Positions 20,101-29,591 of a DNA stretch of 64,000 bases are shown piece after piece (positions within the stretch are counted from its first letter, which is position 1; each line of letters starts with the position of its first letter). The notes below the pieces were generated by a model. It ran no database searches. It was not told the DNA's origin and saw nothing but the letters and a program-made list of their open reading frames with translations. This DNA is from a virus, in IMG/VR virus record IMGVR_UViG_2903617902_000001, positions 2,255 through 66,254 of that record; one strand, given 5' to 3'. The position numbers were made by a program, and so were the translations under genes.

Positions 20101-22289
20101 GCACCCTTTTGCAATAACTGTTCCTTTGTGAATGTTTTGCCATTCACATTCATAGTTTGCCCTTTCTTTAAAGACTCTCCAAGAGCTGTAAAACGTTTAG
20201 CTAATGCAGAAAGTTGCGGGATACCCATTTTATCCATCCACGAAGGGACTTTGCCTGAGAATATTATTTCAAAACCGATAGTGTTTTTCTTGTATTTCTC
20301 CATTAATCTTTGGATATTCTTATACAATTGATGTACACCATCGTTCGGGCCTTGCAGGGCTCTACTAATACCAGCTACTCTGTCAGAGAATGTGAGAGTT
20401 TTATCGGCTGCTTTTTTTTCAGCAGCTGCAACCGCATCTGTAGATTTCTTAAAATTATAATTCTGTGTGGCAGCATCCCTAACTCTATCTATATATTTTT
20501 GTATGAATTGAACATTCGCAAACCATCCTCCATCTCCTAGCTTAGAAAAAATTTCCTTTATTTCTTTATCAGAGAAACCAACGCTTTTCATTTTCATTTT
20601 AAGCTCTGCGAACATCTTCGCCATCTCGGCTTTATAAGCATTTCCTGTTTTCTGAGCAAGCGTAGGAGCAAACTGCTCAACAGTGTCACTAAAAATATTA
20701 GTTAGCAATCTGGCATTTTCTCTAACTTTATCAGCGTCACCAAAAATCATCTGCATTATTTTATCAGACATACCACTATCATTAGAATCCCTAAATGTAG
20801 CTTTAGAGAAATTTTTAAATAGTTCGTCTTTAGCTGCTTTTATTTCTTCCTCATACGCCTGATTCCCTGCATCAATATTATTTAATCTCTGTCGCTCAAT
20901 AGCTTCTTCTTTGATTAAAGATATTGCTAATTCACGCTTCTTATTTACAATATCTATTTTGTCTCCTTCTTTAATACGAGCCACTCCGTTCTGTTCCAAG
21001 ACTTTATTTAATTCTTCTAGAACATCTTTTGAAAGCTTTGTACTTGTTGTTACTACTTTATTTGAATCAGATAAGCCTTTTACTTCATCAGACAAACTTC
21101 TTACTTTCTGAATAGACTTTGCAGCTGAATCACCATACTTCGTAGACTCTATAGCAGCAGCATTTGTTTCATCGTCTAAAAGTTGCATAGCAGTGAAGAC
21201 AGCTGTAAGAGCAACAGCTAACACTCCTACTGGATTTGAAGCAATCGCAACTTTTAAGGAATTAAGAGCACTACTGAACCCCATAGTAGCAACAGACGCA
21301 ACAGCCTCAGCTTCGGACAAAGCTATCCCCTCAGCTTTAGCTAAAGCCATCTGAACAGCAGCTTTCTCCATAAGAAGATTATGTATCTTCTGATAGACGC
21401 TCCATGCAACTACAGCTGCCTTTGCGACACCATAAGCTGATGCTACATTAAGAACTATTTGAGCTATTTCTTTCCAATGTTCTACAAGGTAAGATACACC
21501 ACCAAGAGCATCATTAATTACACCTTCGTTGGCTTTCCCTATATCATTAAACATTGAATCAATAGCATCTTCAATATTACTAATCTGACCAGTGATAGTG
21601 TGTGATTGAGCTTCCATAAGTCCGCCAAAGCGACCACCTGCATTAGTCATATTCTCAATAGCCTGTTGAACCTCGGCTGCACCTACCTTTCCAGCAGTTA
21701 CAAGCTCTCCTACTTTGTCTTTTGTCGTTCCAAATATCTTTGCTAATTCATCTGCAATAGGAATACCACGACCTTGAAATTGCCGTAAATCCTGAGTAAA
21801 CATTCTACCTTGCGTCATGGTGGTTCCATACAGGTAAACCAAGTCATTTAAAGGAATTGACAAACCCGCAGCTATATCTCCTAGGCGTATCAAAGTTTCA
21901 TTCACCTCGTTAGCTTGTGTACCATAAGCAAGTAATTGCTTAGCTCCTTCAGACACACTCTTAAGGTCAAAAGGAGTTGTAGCAGCTGTTTTAACAAGCT
22001 GATCCATTAGACTATTTGCTTCTTCTGCACTACCTAACATGGTAGAAAAAGCAACTTCTAACTGTTGGAACTCTCCACGAACTTCTAGAACTTTAGAAAC
22101 TAGTTCTTTTGCTGAAAAAGCAGTTGCAATTCCAGCTGCAGCCGATTGTATCTTGCCAAACAACTGTTCTATACTATGTCCACTCTGTTCAACGACTCTC
22201 TGAGTCTGTCTCACGCCATTCTGAACACCTTGAAGAGCAGAAAGCATATTACCATTATCCCCCGTTATATCAAATTTTAATCCAGCCAT
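17181..22289 (-). CDS. Tape measure protein
   Basis: 1702 aa; AATTPFDL...LIRLGDIAAG...DLRQFQGRGIPI tape-measure domain; coiled coils. Confidence 0.95.
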   Translation of the reverse strand: MAGLKFDITGDNGNMLSALQGVQNGVRQTQRVVEQSGHSIEQLFGKIQSAAAGIATAFSAKELVSKVLEVRGEFQQLEVAFSTMLGSAEEANSLMDQLVKTAATTPFDLKSVSEGAKQLLAYGTQANEVNETLIRLGDIAAGLSIPLNDLVYLYGTTMTQGRMFTQDLRQFQGRGIPIADELAKIFGTTKDKVGELVTAGKVGAAEVQQAIENMTNAGGRFGGLMEAQSHTITGQISNIEDAIDSMFNDIGKANEGVINDALGGVSYLVEHWKEIAQIVLNVASAYGVAKAAVVAWSVYQKIHNLLMEKAAVQMALAKAEGIALSEAEAVASVATMGFSSALNSLKVAIASNPVGVLAVALTAVFTAMQLLDDETNAAAIESTKYGDSAAKSIQKVRSLSDEVKGLSDSNKVVTTSTKLSKDVLEELNKVLEQNGVARIKEGDKIDIVNKKRELAISLIKEEAIERQRLNNIDAGNQAYEEEIKAAKDELFKNFSKATFRDSNDSGMSDKIMQMIFGDADKVRENARLLTNIFSDTVEQFAPTLAQKTGNAYKAEMAKMFAELKMKMKSVGFSDKEIKEIFSKLGDGGWFANVQFIQKYIDRVRDAATQNYNFKKSTDAVAAAEKKAADKTLTFSDRVAGISRALQGPNDGVHQLYKNIQRLMEKYKKNTIGFEIIFSGKVPSWMDKMGIPQLSALAKRFTALGESLKKGQTMNVNGKTFTKEQLLQKGADYASAAEAKQKKADAAKGSNNEGKTNPIADQKKNLQAQLNSLSYKDAIGRKGKELRKKIRDLQVKEKAYSASYETDAAKEAERKRKDAAKEAEKAAEDAKKAVEQQNEANERAFELKTKTQIENARKAEDLANETEQAEIDILKDGNQKKLRQIELNHKKEQQAIDRAFEDIKQRRIEQAKQAWEANPKNKGKNFYESTSYSYASSDERYTTEEHTNYDFKTKAAWHKYDEEVKKIQEEEKATNEKRALAIISYLKEYGTMQEKRLAIAKEYDAKIEKAETEGDRLSLNAQKAKAIADFDLKNEKDNLNWDEIFGDIGNQTIKQLEVVKGRLREMLSSDNLNVTDYKAIVEQIEKVNNAIVDSQDKQKKFFNFSTEHGKERRKLEMDVADALERQASAAGRLSVATLRNMEKQRNARQSVENAGVKVDGDISTANIDNILKQIEDKYGKDSAQYKEVQKAMDALAASERDLINANEQKKKSDNDVSKSQGKLNKFINDFNENMKAFMSAFSLVLNNLNDIPDLLSKFGVSDDSDLMKGAKEIVTAGKEGMQAIKDFQSGNFVGAAAHGMESAGAIGRAAITLFSGNETAMEKEIERLAKANEGLSKAIDTLSNNIEKKDNTNSQSVDAYKKAKKAEEEWESNQRKAINNRAKEYANTGYGFLKLGGRSSFNAFANENKKIWTSFNATLQSLGSDKRVSRAEDLWNLSPELLKQLQANNNTAWRELFNNKGHKNPKELVDEYIERAGKAEELADKLNEKLTGYSWDGFKDSYLSALEDMESDTETFANNINNVIGKAILNSLVNSSDIQERIKKIHKMIADAAEDDNFTENEVDAIRKENSSLSDILLQRRESLKAMGLLVDSNESQKATANGVTSITFEQASNIIALTTAGNISRDQIKDLITAKLSTIDVSVRGLQSLIGEQRNIADELRTIQANSYLELQGIHEDTTSMNKTLKEMSSNVLDIKRNIKDM

Positions 22290-22325
22290 TCCTTTTTTGT
22301 AATGTGTATTTCGTAAACAAAAGTA

Positions 22326-23036
22326 TTATTTCCAACTCATACTACTGATAGCCTCCATGACAGCCTCTTTGCTATTCCCATCCGTTACAGAACTGTCATT
22401 GATATGTACCCTTTTCCTTTCTTCATCTGTGAGATATACAGACTTAATGCTGTCTTTTAAGAGTAATTGTAAATTGGTATAGCTTATCCCCCATACTACA
22501 TAATCAAAAGACCACTTATATCTCTCACAGGCAGCATCTATGAGTGTTCCGTATATTGACTTACCTCCAAAACTCAAAGTTGACCTGTCATCTTTAGCCT
22601 TGCTTACCTCTGACATCTTCTCTATTTCTTCATCTATCTTTAAATGTCTGAGGAACAATTCTACCTTGTTATCAGAAATGCATGTTATGAGCAATGTTGC
22701 TATATCCTCATTAGTTATTTCTTTTAAAAATATATTCTTCCGTATAGTAACCTTTCTGTTACTCAATATATCTTCTTTTTTTTGCAATGTATGATAAGCA
22801 AGCAATAGACAGCATTCTTCCTTATTTGTCGATACTATACGTAAAGCTTCTGCATATGGATTCCTTTGAAGCAAGTCGTTGTCAATATTCAAAGTATCTA
22901 TAATACGCTGTTGTAAATACATCTTACCCAACGTTACGGGGTATAAGTAAAAATGCCGACGACCAACACTGAACCCTTTCGGTCTATCTATGATGGTGTC
23001 GGCAATATCTAATTCTAATTGCTTTTCTTTATCCAT
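22326..23036 (-). CDS. Tail assembly chaperone-like protein
   Basis: Between major tail and tape measure genes; WSFDYVVWGISYTNL. Confidence 0.65.
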   Translation of the reverse strand: MDKEKQLELDIADTIIDRPKGFSVGRRHFYLYPVTLGKMYLQQRIIDTLNIDNDLLQRNPYAEALRIVSTNKEECCLLLAYHTLQKKEDILSNRKVTIRKNIFLKEITNEDIATLLITCISDNKVELFLRHLKIDEEIEKMSEVSKAKDDRSTLSFGGKSIYGTLIDAACERYKWSFDYVVWGISYTNLQLLLKDSIKSVYLTDEERKRVHINDSSVTDGNSKEAVMEAISSMSWK

Positions 23037-23052
23037 ATATCTTTATATTTTG

Positions 23053-23124
23053 TTGCAGGTGATGGACTCGAACCACCGTCCTTTACTTTATGAGAGTAAC
23101 AAGATACCACTTCTCCAACCTGCG
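23053..23124 (-). tRNA. Phage tRNA with CAT anticodon (Met/fMet-like)
   Basis: CGCAGGT/ACCTGCA acceptor with C1:A72 mismatch, TTACT-CTCATAA-AGTAA anticodon arm, GGTGG-TTCGAGT-CCATC T-arm. Confidence 0.85.
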
Positions 23125-23129
23125 ATATA

Positions 23130-23168
23130 GCCGTCTGTCCGGCTGTCATGCGTCTTTCCGCATTGTCA
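23130..23168 (-). ncRNA. Twin-hairpin GA(A/C)AGA-loop RNA motif, copy 1
   Basis: TGACA-ATGCG-GAAAGA-CGCAT-GACA-GCCG-GACAGA-CGGC; second copy at 44163-44200. Confidence 0.65.
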
Positions 23169-23204
23169 GTTACCCTGATAGCGCTTTTTACCAAGAAGAC
23201 TATT

Positions 23205-23723
23205 TTACAAGTCAACATCTGTGAAGACAAAATCAGCATCTTCAATTGTTTCACCAGCCGCCACTGTAGACAGGTCTTTTGCGATAGTCCCCCACTTGAC
23301 AATGTTTCCACTGTCCGGCTTCAATGCATCATGGGTGTATGTCAATAGACCACCTTCCTCTGTACTATACTCGTCAGAGAGGGAAACTACTGTATTGTCA
23401 ATCTTCGGTCCTGGAACTGCTATATTCTCTGGCTGGATGAAGATAGAGAAGTGATGTGCAACAACGCCGTTGACATCCGTGAAAGGCTTTTTGCGCCCTT
23501 GCAAGCGACGTAATACATACTCAACAGCATATTTGTTGGCAGAATACTTCACAGCTTCGTTCTCTCCTCCCTCGATAGGAGCTTCTTTTTTGTCTCCCTT
23601 GGTAGGAGTTAACTTAGTGGTGTTTTCTTTCGGAGTAGGCAGCTTAGTCCACTTTGAAGAAGCCACATCAAGATCCTTTATAAGGATATTACATTTACCC
23701 CATCCAATTGCTTTACTTTCCAT
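23205..23723 (-). CDS. Major tail (tube) protein
   Basis: Position and size; IGWGKC...TPKENTTKL...IEGGE. Confidence 0.75.
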   Translation of the reverse strand: MESKAIGWGKCNILIKDLDVASSKWTKLPTPKENTTKLTPTKGDKKEAPIEGGENEAVKYSANKYAVEYVLRRLQGRKKPFTDVNGVVAHHFSIFIQPENIAVPGPKIDNTVVSLSDEYSTEEGGLLTYTHDALKPDSGNIVKWGTIAKDLSTVAAGETIEDADFVFTDVDL

Positions 23724-23726
23724 ATT

Positions 23727-24143
23727 TTACTCATTTATGATTTGATACAAAACTTTGTTGTTAATCACGTGCTCAGAAGTAGCTTCGCTTTCCATCACCC
23801 TCTGACCACATTCAAAATTCGGATCTGTAAGCGATAATCTAAAGTCCTTTCCTCGCACATTATCGAAAAGGTCGAATGACATCTTGCATAACTTTCTTAA
23901 TCGAGCCGAATTTTCCTCACTCTGACCATCAATATAATCGTCAACAACATAGATATTCACGTTTACATAAGCTATTTGCTTTTGCTTTGTGCTATTAGCA
24001 AGTACAGATAGAATAATATCCTCAGAACGTGAGTTCTTAGGGCGTACAGATGTTTTCTTCAAAGTTCCACTCACTTCTCTTTGAAGCGAAGACTCTTTGA
24101 TAATCTTCCATACATCATCCTTGATATCTATATCTGACTTCAT
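23727..24143 (-). CDS. Tail terminator-like protein
   Basis: Position; VNVNIYV motif. Confidence 0.6.
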   Translation of the reverse strand: MKSDIDIKDDVWKIIKESSLQREVSGTLKKTSVRPKNSRSEDIILSVLANSTKQKQIAYVNVNIYVVDDYIDGQSEENSARLRKLCKMSFDLFDNVRGKDFRLSLTDPNFECGQRVMESEATSEHVINNKVLYQIINE

Positions 24144-24622
24144 AATGATAATTTTTCTATGTTAGCGAGAGCGGACTTCTTTGCCCTTTCAAGGCGAGCA
24201 TCAATAACATCTTTTGCCCACAGCTCTGTTGATGCCAATACGTCCTTACTTTCTAAAGATTCTACGTATTCCGCATAATTCATTCCTGCAACAACAACTA
24301 AAGCATAAACCTTAGAATATTCGCTTGCAAGATTATTTATCATCTTCCGACCTTCAGATGAACCATCAGATCCTCCCATTACAGTTTGAAATGACGACTG
24401 AATCTTTTTCAATCCATAAGCGTAGACAGCAAAGCCTATTGACGAACGGAGGTTACCTGTATGGTCTATCCAACTTTCCTTGCTTGACCTATCTCTGATT
24501 TTAGCAACACACTCTACACCCAATTTAGCAAGAGCATTTGACACTTCATTTCTTATAATGGAAAAAGCAGACATCAAGAACCTCTCTAATGCCTCTGGGG
24601 GCGTAGTCATTTTTATTGCCAT
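24140..24622 (-). CDS. Neck/tail completion protein (HK97 gp10-like)
   Basis: DHTGNLRSSIG and AGMNYAEYVE motifs. Confidence 0.8.
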   Translation of the reverse strand: MAIKMTTPPEALERFLMSAFSIIRNEVSNALAKLGVECVAKIRDRSSKESWIDHTGNLRSSIGFAVYAYGLKKIQSSFQTVMGGSDGSSEGRKMINNLASEYSKVYALVVVAGMNYAEYVESLESKDVLASTELWAKDVIDARLERAKKSALANIEKLSL

Positions 24623-24623
24623 A

Positions 24624-24962
24624 TCAAATCCAAATCTTACACTGGTGCTGGTAACGATGAAAACCTAAAACCTTAAAGACTTTCCCTTCTCCTTTGCCAT
24701 AGAATTGCAATTTGATTATATCTCCATATTGAAACTCTTGACAATCTCTTGGGAGGTTATAAATGGTATACAAGTAAGCCTGTACACTTCCGTCTGGTAT
24801 AGGGATAGTATTAGCCCTTCCGGCAGGAACAATATCGCACTTATAGCTTTCTGTGGACCAATTTGTTTCACCTTGAACATAATCACCCGTCTCTGGGTCT
24901 TCATGTCCACGTACCACAATTTGATACGTTAATCTATGTGCGGAAAAATCAATTACAGACAT
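24624..24962 (-). CDS. Head closure / adaptor protein
   Basis: Position; start placed at MSVID. Confidence 0.6.
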   Translation of the reverse strand: MSVIDFSAHRLTYQIVVRGHEDPETGDYVQGETNWSTESYKCDIVPAGRANTIPIPDGSVQAYLYTIYNLPRDCQEFQYGDIIKLQFYGKGEGKVFKVLGFHRYQHQCKIWI

Positions 24963-24963
24963 A

Positions 24964-25290
24964 CTACTCACCAAATGTAACCATAGGCTGACCAAGTGAA
25001 ACTACAGGCTCGCCTATATCCTTGTAAAGTGAATTAATGCGGACTAATAGCCGTTTCTTATCTTCCTCTGTAAGGGTTCCAACACTCTTGTCCGATTCAG
25101 AATAAGTTACGGCTTGCAGGAGAGAGTAAAGACAATCAGCAAGCGCACCTTTCCATGCAGCTGTTTTTGAGACTTCAAAAGTGTAGTCATCATCACATTG
25201 AAGCTGGCGCTCAATCAGCTTATTTTCAATGAAGCCTAAAGGGACTGGATAATGAACTTCATCTTGGAGCGCTTGTAAAATTGTCTTCAT
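24964..25290 (-). CDS. Head-tail connector protein
   Basis: Directly after capsid gene; small helical protein. Confidence 0.6.
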   Translation of the reverse strand: MKTILQALQDEVHYPVPLGFIENKLIERQLQCDDDYTFEVSKTAAWKGALADCLYSLLQAVTYSESDKSVGTLTEEDKKRLLVRINSLYKDIGEPVVSLGQPMVTFGE

Positions 25291-25292
25291 AA

Positions 25293-26609
25293 TTAAACTT
25301 GAGCAGTTACGTTAGCAAATAAAGTTGCCTCTTGTTCGTTACTCAGAGAATTGATAGCCGCGATAACAGTGTCATCAGAAGCGTTCTTTGCCACCTTGAC
25401 ATCGAGAGCCTTCAACTGAGCAATAAGGTCAGCCTTCTTATACTTCTTGCCATTTACGGTAGTAAAGGTGTCTGCTGTGTCAAGCTTCTCTTTCTCGGTA
25501 TCTACGCTTGCAGATTTTTCCTCAGCGCAATCAATGACATAAATCTGCTCTACGTCTTCAATTACTGGGAGGACAAGCGACTGACCATTTGTGAACTCCT
25601 GCAGAGGGTCTGTCTTAGAGTACTTAGAAATTAACTTGTACTGGTCTACGGTAGCATACTTGACGCCTTCAACTGGGTTTGTTGACTCTGCAAGTGTACC
25701 CCATACAAGTGAACCTACTACGTCTGAGCAAAGGAATACCAAACGATCTACATTCCATGGTTTCTTGCTCTTCTGCAGACCATTCTTCTCGAACAAGATT
25801 GAGCGGTCTACAACCTTTAGTGTAACATCAAACTCGTCCTCAAACGCTTCCTTGAACTTCTTAACAGAAGGAACATTTAAGGTGGTTTCGTCAGTGTAAA
25901 CCTTGCCATCAGCATCAGCAACAAGTTCACGTGCCCAACGCTCCTTGCGAATTTCATTCAGCTTAGACTTGGCAAGCATGAGAGTGGTAATCGTATTGCC
26001 ATCAGTGTCAGCCTTACTCTTGACATTCTCAATATCCTCATAACTTACCTTGCCCTTAGTGATAGTACCGAATGTGTTTTCGTCAAGATAACCGAAGTTT
26101 ACACGTAAGCCAGTGCCTACGTTATCCTCATCCTCGACAAGCAACACACCCTCTGAAAGAGCTGTAAGGAAGTTTGCCTCATTCTTCTCATCGATACCGA
26201 TAGAACAAGCCTCACCATCATTGAGCAACTTCGTCAAAATACGCTGCTTCTCAGCATTCTTTGCTTCATCTGTAGAAGCTGTGGTAAAGCGTGCCTTCAT
26301 GATGTTGATTGCGTTAATATCAGACTCAATAAGAATCTTTTTCATACCAACCTTTGGTAATTTACCATTAGAAGACGCAATAGCTCCACGTTTCTTGACA
26401 GGGAGAGGGGAATCCATTGCAACCATATCAGCAGCAACGTAAGATGTTTTTGCAGATGTACCCTCCCACTTCTGATCAGAGCTGTACACTGGAGCCAACA
26501 TCTCCTTGTGGAGATACGAACGCTTTGCAGGAGCCTCCTTTTCCTTAATGTAAAGGTTCAATTTTGGCCAGATAGAAGCTATAAATTGTAAAAAAAGTGA
26601 TTCTTTCAT
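25293..26609 (-). CDS. Major capsid protein
   Basis: 438 aa after scaffold and decoration genes; VAADMVAMDSPLPVKKR...GKLPKVG. Confidence 0.8.
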   Translation of the reverse strand: MKESLFLQFIASIWPKLNLYIKEKEAPAKRSYLHKEMLAPVYSSDQKWEGTSAKTSYVAADMVAMDSPLPVKKRGAIASSNGKLPKVGMKKILIESDINAINIMKARFTTASTDEAKNAEKQRILTKLLNDGEACSIGIDEKNEANFLTALSEGVLLVEDEDNVGTGLRVNFGYLDENTFGTITKGKVSYEDIENVKSKADTDGNTITTLMLAKSKLNEIRKERWARELVADADGKVYTDETTLNVPSVKKFKEAFEDEFDVTLKVVDRSILFEKNGLQKSKKPWNVDRLVFLCSDVVGSLVWGTLAESTNPVEGVKYATVDQYKLISKYSKTDPLQEFTNGQSLVLPVIEDVEQIYVIDCAEEKSASVDTEKEKLDTADTFTTVNGKKYKKADLIAQLKALDVKVAKNASDDTVIAAINSLSNEQEATLFANVTAQV

Positions 26610-26624
26610 ACTTTAACCTCCTTG

Positions 26625-27032
26625 TTAATCGTGTTCAAAAATAAGGTTTGGAAGAGCTGTTTTTACAGCTGTTCTCATCTCTGTAGTTAACGGATAAGGC
26701 ATAGCCTTGTCATTAACACGGCCGTTATCCATAATAGCGACCATCGGTTCACTCGCCATCTTAGAGCAAACAACAACACCTACATACTCATGACTTGCTG
26801 GAAGAGCCTTATAGGCTTTGTCAGCAACAGGCATAGGCTTGTAAGTGTAATTACCGTCCTCGTCGAGTGTACGAATAACAAGATGACCTGCCTTAATAAC
26901 GTCATCCTTGAAGTCAGTCATGTCAAGAGTTGCACCACCTGCGATACCTCCGATGTACTGACGGATAACAACAGAATCTACACCAGACATTACTTTTGTA
27001 GTTCCATTTACCAAATTAGCTTTTGCACCCAT
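26625..27032 (-). CDS. Head decoration protein
   Basis: GGATLD...VIKAGH; between scaffold and capsid. Confidence 0.65.
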   Translation of the reverse strand: MGAKANLVNGTTKVMSGVDSVVIRQYIGGIAGGATLDMTDFKDDVIKAGHLVIRTLDEDGNYTYKPMPVADKAYKALPASHEYVGVVVCSKMASEPMVAIMDNGRVNDKAMPYPLTTEMRTAVKTALPNLIFEHD

Positions 27033-27065
27033 TTGTACTAAAAATTTTGATTTTACTTGTGATGA

Positions 27066-27818
27066 CTAAAGTTTAGCCAGCGCCTTAACTTCATCATCGG
27101 ACATAACTTCTTCGTCGTTCTTCTTTCTACGACTTTCAGAAGCACCGCCTGTAACGCCAGGAGCACCTAACTTTTCAAGTCCACGATTTAAGCGTTCTTG
27201 ATTCTCTGCTTCAAGGTCTGATTCAACCTCTTCGAAGAAATCCTCAAACTCATCATCGTCTTTGAACGACATACGACCAAAGGCTTTGAGCGTTCTTTCA
27301 CCAAACTTGCCTGTGTCTTTCAGTAGTTTCTCGAGCTTAGCCTTACGGCTGTCGGCGGTCTTACCGCTCTTCAATGCTGAAATTTCCGACTGCATACCAT
27401 CGAGTTTATCCATCAATGGTTTTAGAGCCTTGGCAAGTGGAGTGTCGTCACCGTCTTCGTCCTCAACCTTACCATTCTTCTTAGAAGTCTGACTCTTACG
27501 ATTCTTACGTGTTGCTGGTTCCACATCGTCCTCGTCGTCATCATCATCTCCGTCATTGGTAGAGTGAGCATTTTTGTACGCTTGGACACGGCTGTCAGAT
27601 ATCGTCTGTGAGAACTGGAGGAAAGGCAGGGCGGCATCAATGGCATCGTCTACTGCTTCCTGAATCTCATCATCCGTAGCATCTTCCTTAATTTCGGAGT
27701 CAAGTTTGTCGGCAATCTTAGCAGCAACACCCTTCAACTCTCTGCGACTGAACCCAAGTGCCTTAATGTCCTTACTTGTTCTCAGTGCATCCAACACTTT
27801 CTTAAAATGTTTCTTCAT
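27066..27818 (-). CDS. Capsid scaffolding protein
   Basis: Acidic, charged helical protein upstream of capsid; start placed at MKKHF. Confidence 0.7.
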   Translation of the reverse strand: MKKHFKKVLDALRTSKDIKALGFSRRELKGVAAKIADKLDSEIKEDATDDEIQEAVDDAIDAALPFLQFSQTISDSRVQAYKNAHSTNDGDDDDDEDDVEPATRKNRKSQTSKKNGKVEDEDGDDTPLAKALKPLMDKLDGMQSEISALKSGKTADSRKAKLEKLLKDTGKFGERTLKAFGRMSFKDDDEFEDFFEEVESDLEAENQERLNRGLEKLGAPGVTGGASESRRKKNDEEVMSDDEVKALAKL

Positions 27819-27835
27819 TGCTTGTTTATTTATAA

Positions 27836-27990
27836 ATAAAAAAATGGCCTGCAATGCGAGTGAACGCAAGCAGACCATAGTCATTAGAACTAAACCATTG
27901 AGAGCACTGAAGTTACGACCAGTTCTGTTGCGTGCATCTTCACACGCTTTCGTCTACAAAGATAAACTTTTTTATTTGAAATTCAAATAA
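27836..27990 (-). promoter_or_regulatory. Head-operon promoter with palindromic operator and structured attenuator-like leader
   Basis: TATCTTTG (27957-27964), palindrome TTATTTGAAATTCAAATAA (27972-27990), three leader hairpins, the last followed by a U-run. Confidence 0.7.
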
Positions 27991-28106
27991 TTTTTCAATA
28001 AAATTTATCCTATAGACGTAAAAAATGCGGTGGATATATAAATATCATCACCGCATCAAAATCGTTATTCTGAAAATCTATACCTTAAACGTATATTTTG
28101 AAAGTA

Positions 28107-29540
28107 TTACTTACCTTTTCTACTTTTCTTTGGTAACACCCATCCTCTCTGTGAGGCAACGACTTGATTAAAGCGCATCCATACATTTTCGTCAAGGAAT
28201 TCAAAATGCATTGTACCCTTTTTAAAGGCTTTAATACGAAAGAAAGACCATTCGTACCATTCTCCGTAGCGTATACCTTTATCATATATAAAGTTTCGCA
28301 AGCTATGTTTCTCGTCATAAGTAACACCATTTACGTAACATAAGGCTTTGACAACGTCATTTATTTTAACCTCATTCCCAGAATATCTTAATCTAACATA
28401 TGTATTATAATAGCGACTATCGTAACTGGTCATATATGGAACAATGAACTTTCTATTAACCATATAGTTGGCATTGGTCTTCCATTTCTCACCAGCAGTA
28501 GAATTATCTGCCGAGAAAGAGCATATCATATCAAAAGCTTCCTCAAGAGCCTTATTCATTCTCTGCCCTGTTGTTTGAATGACCATATTAAGCACCTGAT
28601 ATATGTTGTGCATAGTAAAAGGAACGTTCGACTGCTTTTCAATAAACTTGTTTATTTGGTTACGCAATTCTTGTGTTGCATACTTCTCCATATTTAGTTT
28701 ATTGAAAATTATCCTCCAATAGTATTTTTGAAGTTGCTTTTTATATTGATGACGAGTTATGTCAACACACTTACTATTCGCATCAACCGTTGCAAATCTG
28801 ATAGGCATGTAATCAAATCTATCGTCAGAGAATTTAGCTATTTCATTTATTTTGTTTGCAGCAGCTAAAGTTTCGTCAAACAGTTTTACAGCAGATGTGT
28901 ATCTGTTTACCATATCACGTACCACGTTATACTGAACAAGCCCTTCCGTCTTGTTACCTTCAAGTATATCTTCTTCATTAGAGAACATATACCCCGCAAA
29001 CTCATCATCCCCTTCTGCTTCTTTATAAAGCTTAATAAGTGAAACTTGCACATCTGTTCTTCGTTCAGATGCCACAAATACAGCACCAAGATTTTCTGAA
29101 CACCCATATAAAGCAATTAGCTCACGCAATTCTTGTCTTTCGCTTGAATATGAGTTTTCCAAGTTTGATGTATTACATAAAGCTATAATTGTACAGCCAG
29201 CAGGAGCAATATCAAACGCATGCTTAATATGCTTCACTCCATTGCTAAAGGGAGGGTTCATGACAATATAATCAATATGGCTTACCTGTTCTGCTGTAAC
29301 AGAGAGGAAGTCTTCGGCTAAAAGATTACATTCTCCAACCAATAGCTTTTGCAAGTATTTTTCTTTCTCGCAAGCAATAACTTCACCTGCACCATTTGAT
29401 TTTAACCACCTGACAATATTACCGCTACCGGCTGACGGTTCTAATATCGTCTTTCCTAAAATATCCTCACCGAGCATCATTGTGTTTATGACATCTTCTG
29501 GCGTAGGATAAAAATATACATTTTCTGTGAATAAATTCAT
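28107..29540 (-). CDS. Amino-DNA methyltransferase with DUF4942-like C-terminus
   Basis: ILEPSAGSG (motif I), MNPPF (motif IV), FKKGTMHFEF tail. Confidence 0.85.
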   Translation of the reverse strand: MNLFTENVYFYPTPEDVINTMMLGEDILGKTILEPSAGSGNIVRWLKSNGAGEVIACEKEKYLQKLLVGECNLLAEDFLSVTAEQVSHIDYIVMNPPFSNGVKHIKHAFDIAPAGCTIIALCNTSNLENSYSSERQELRELIALYGCSENLGAVFVASERRTDVQVSLIKLYKEAEGDDEFAGYMFSNEEDILEGNKTEGLVQYNVVRDMVNRYTSAVKLFDETLAAANKINEIAKFSDDRFDYMPIRFATVDANSKCVDITRHQYKKQLQKYYWRIIFNKLNMEKYATQELRNQINKFIEKQSNVPFTMHNIYQVLNMVIQTTGQRMNKALEEAFDMICSFSADNSTAGEKWKTNANYMVNRKFIVPYMTSYDSRYYNTYVRLRYSGNEVKINDVVKALCYVNGVTYDEKHSLRNFIYDKGIRYGEWYEWSFFRIKAFKKGTMHFEFLDENVWMRFNQVVASQRGWVLPKKSRKGK

Positions 29541-29591
29541 TGCTCTTTATATTTTCTGGCAGGTGAAATTCCTGCCAGTTATGTTATATTA

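Noticed and set aside
23015..23311. 98-aa ORF as a frameshifted tail chaperone
   Set aside because: It spans the tRNA and hairpin motif, which explain the sequence better
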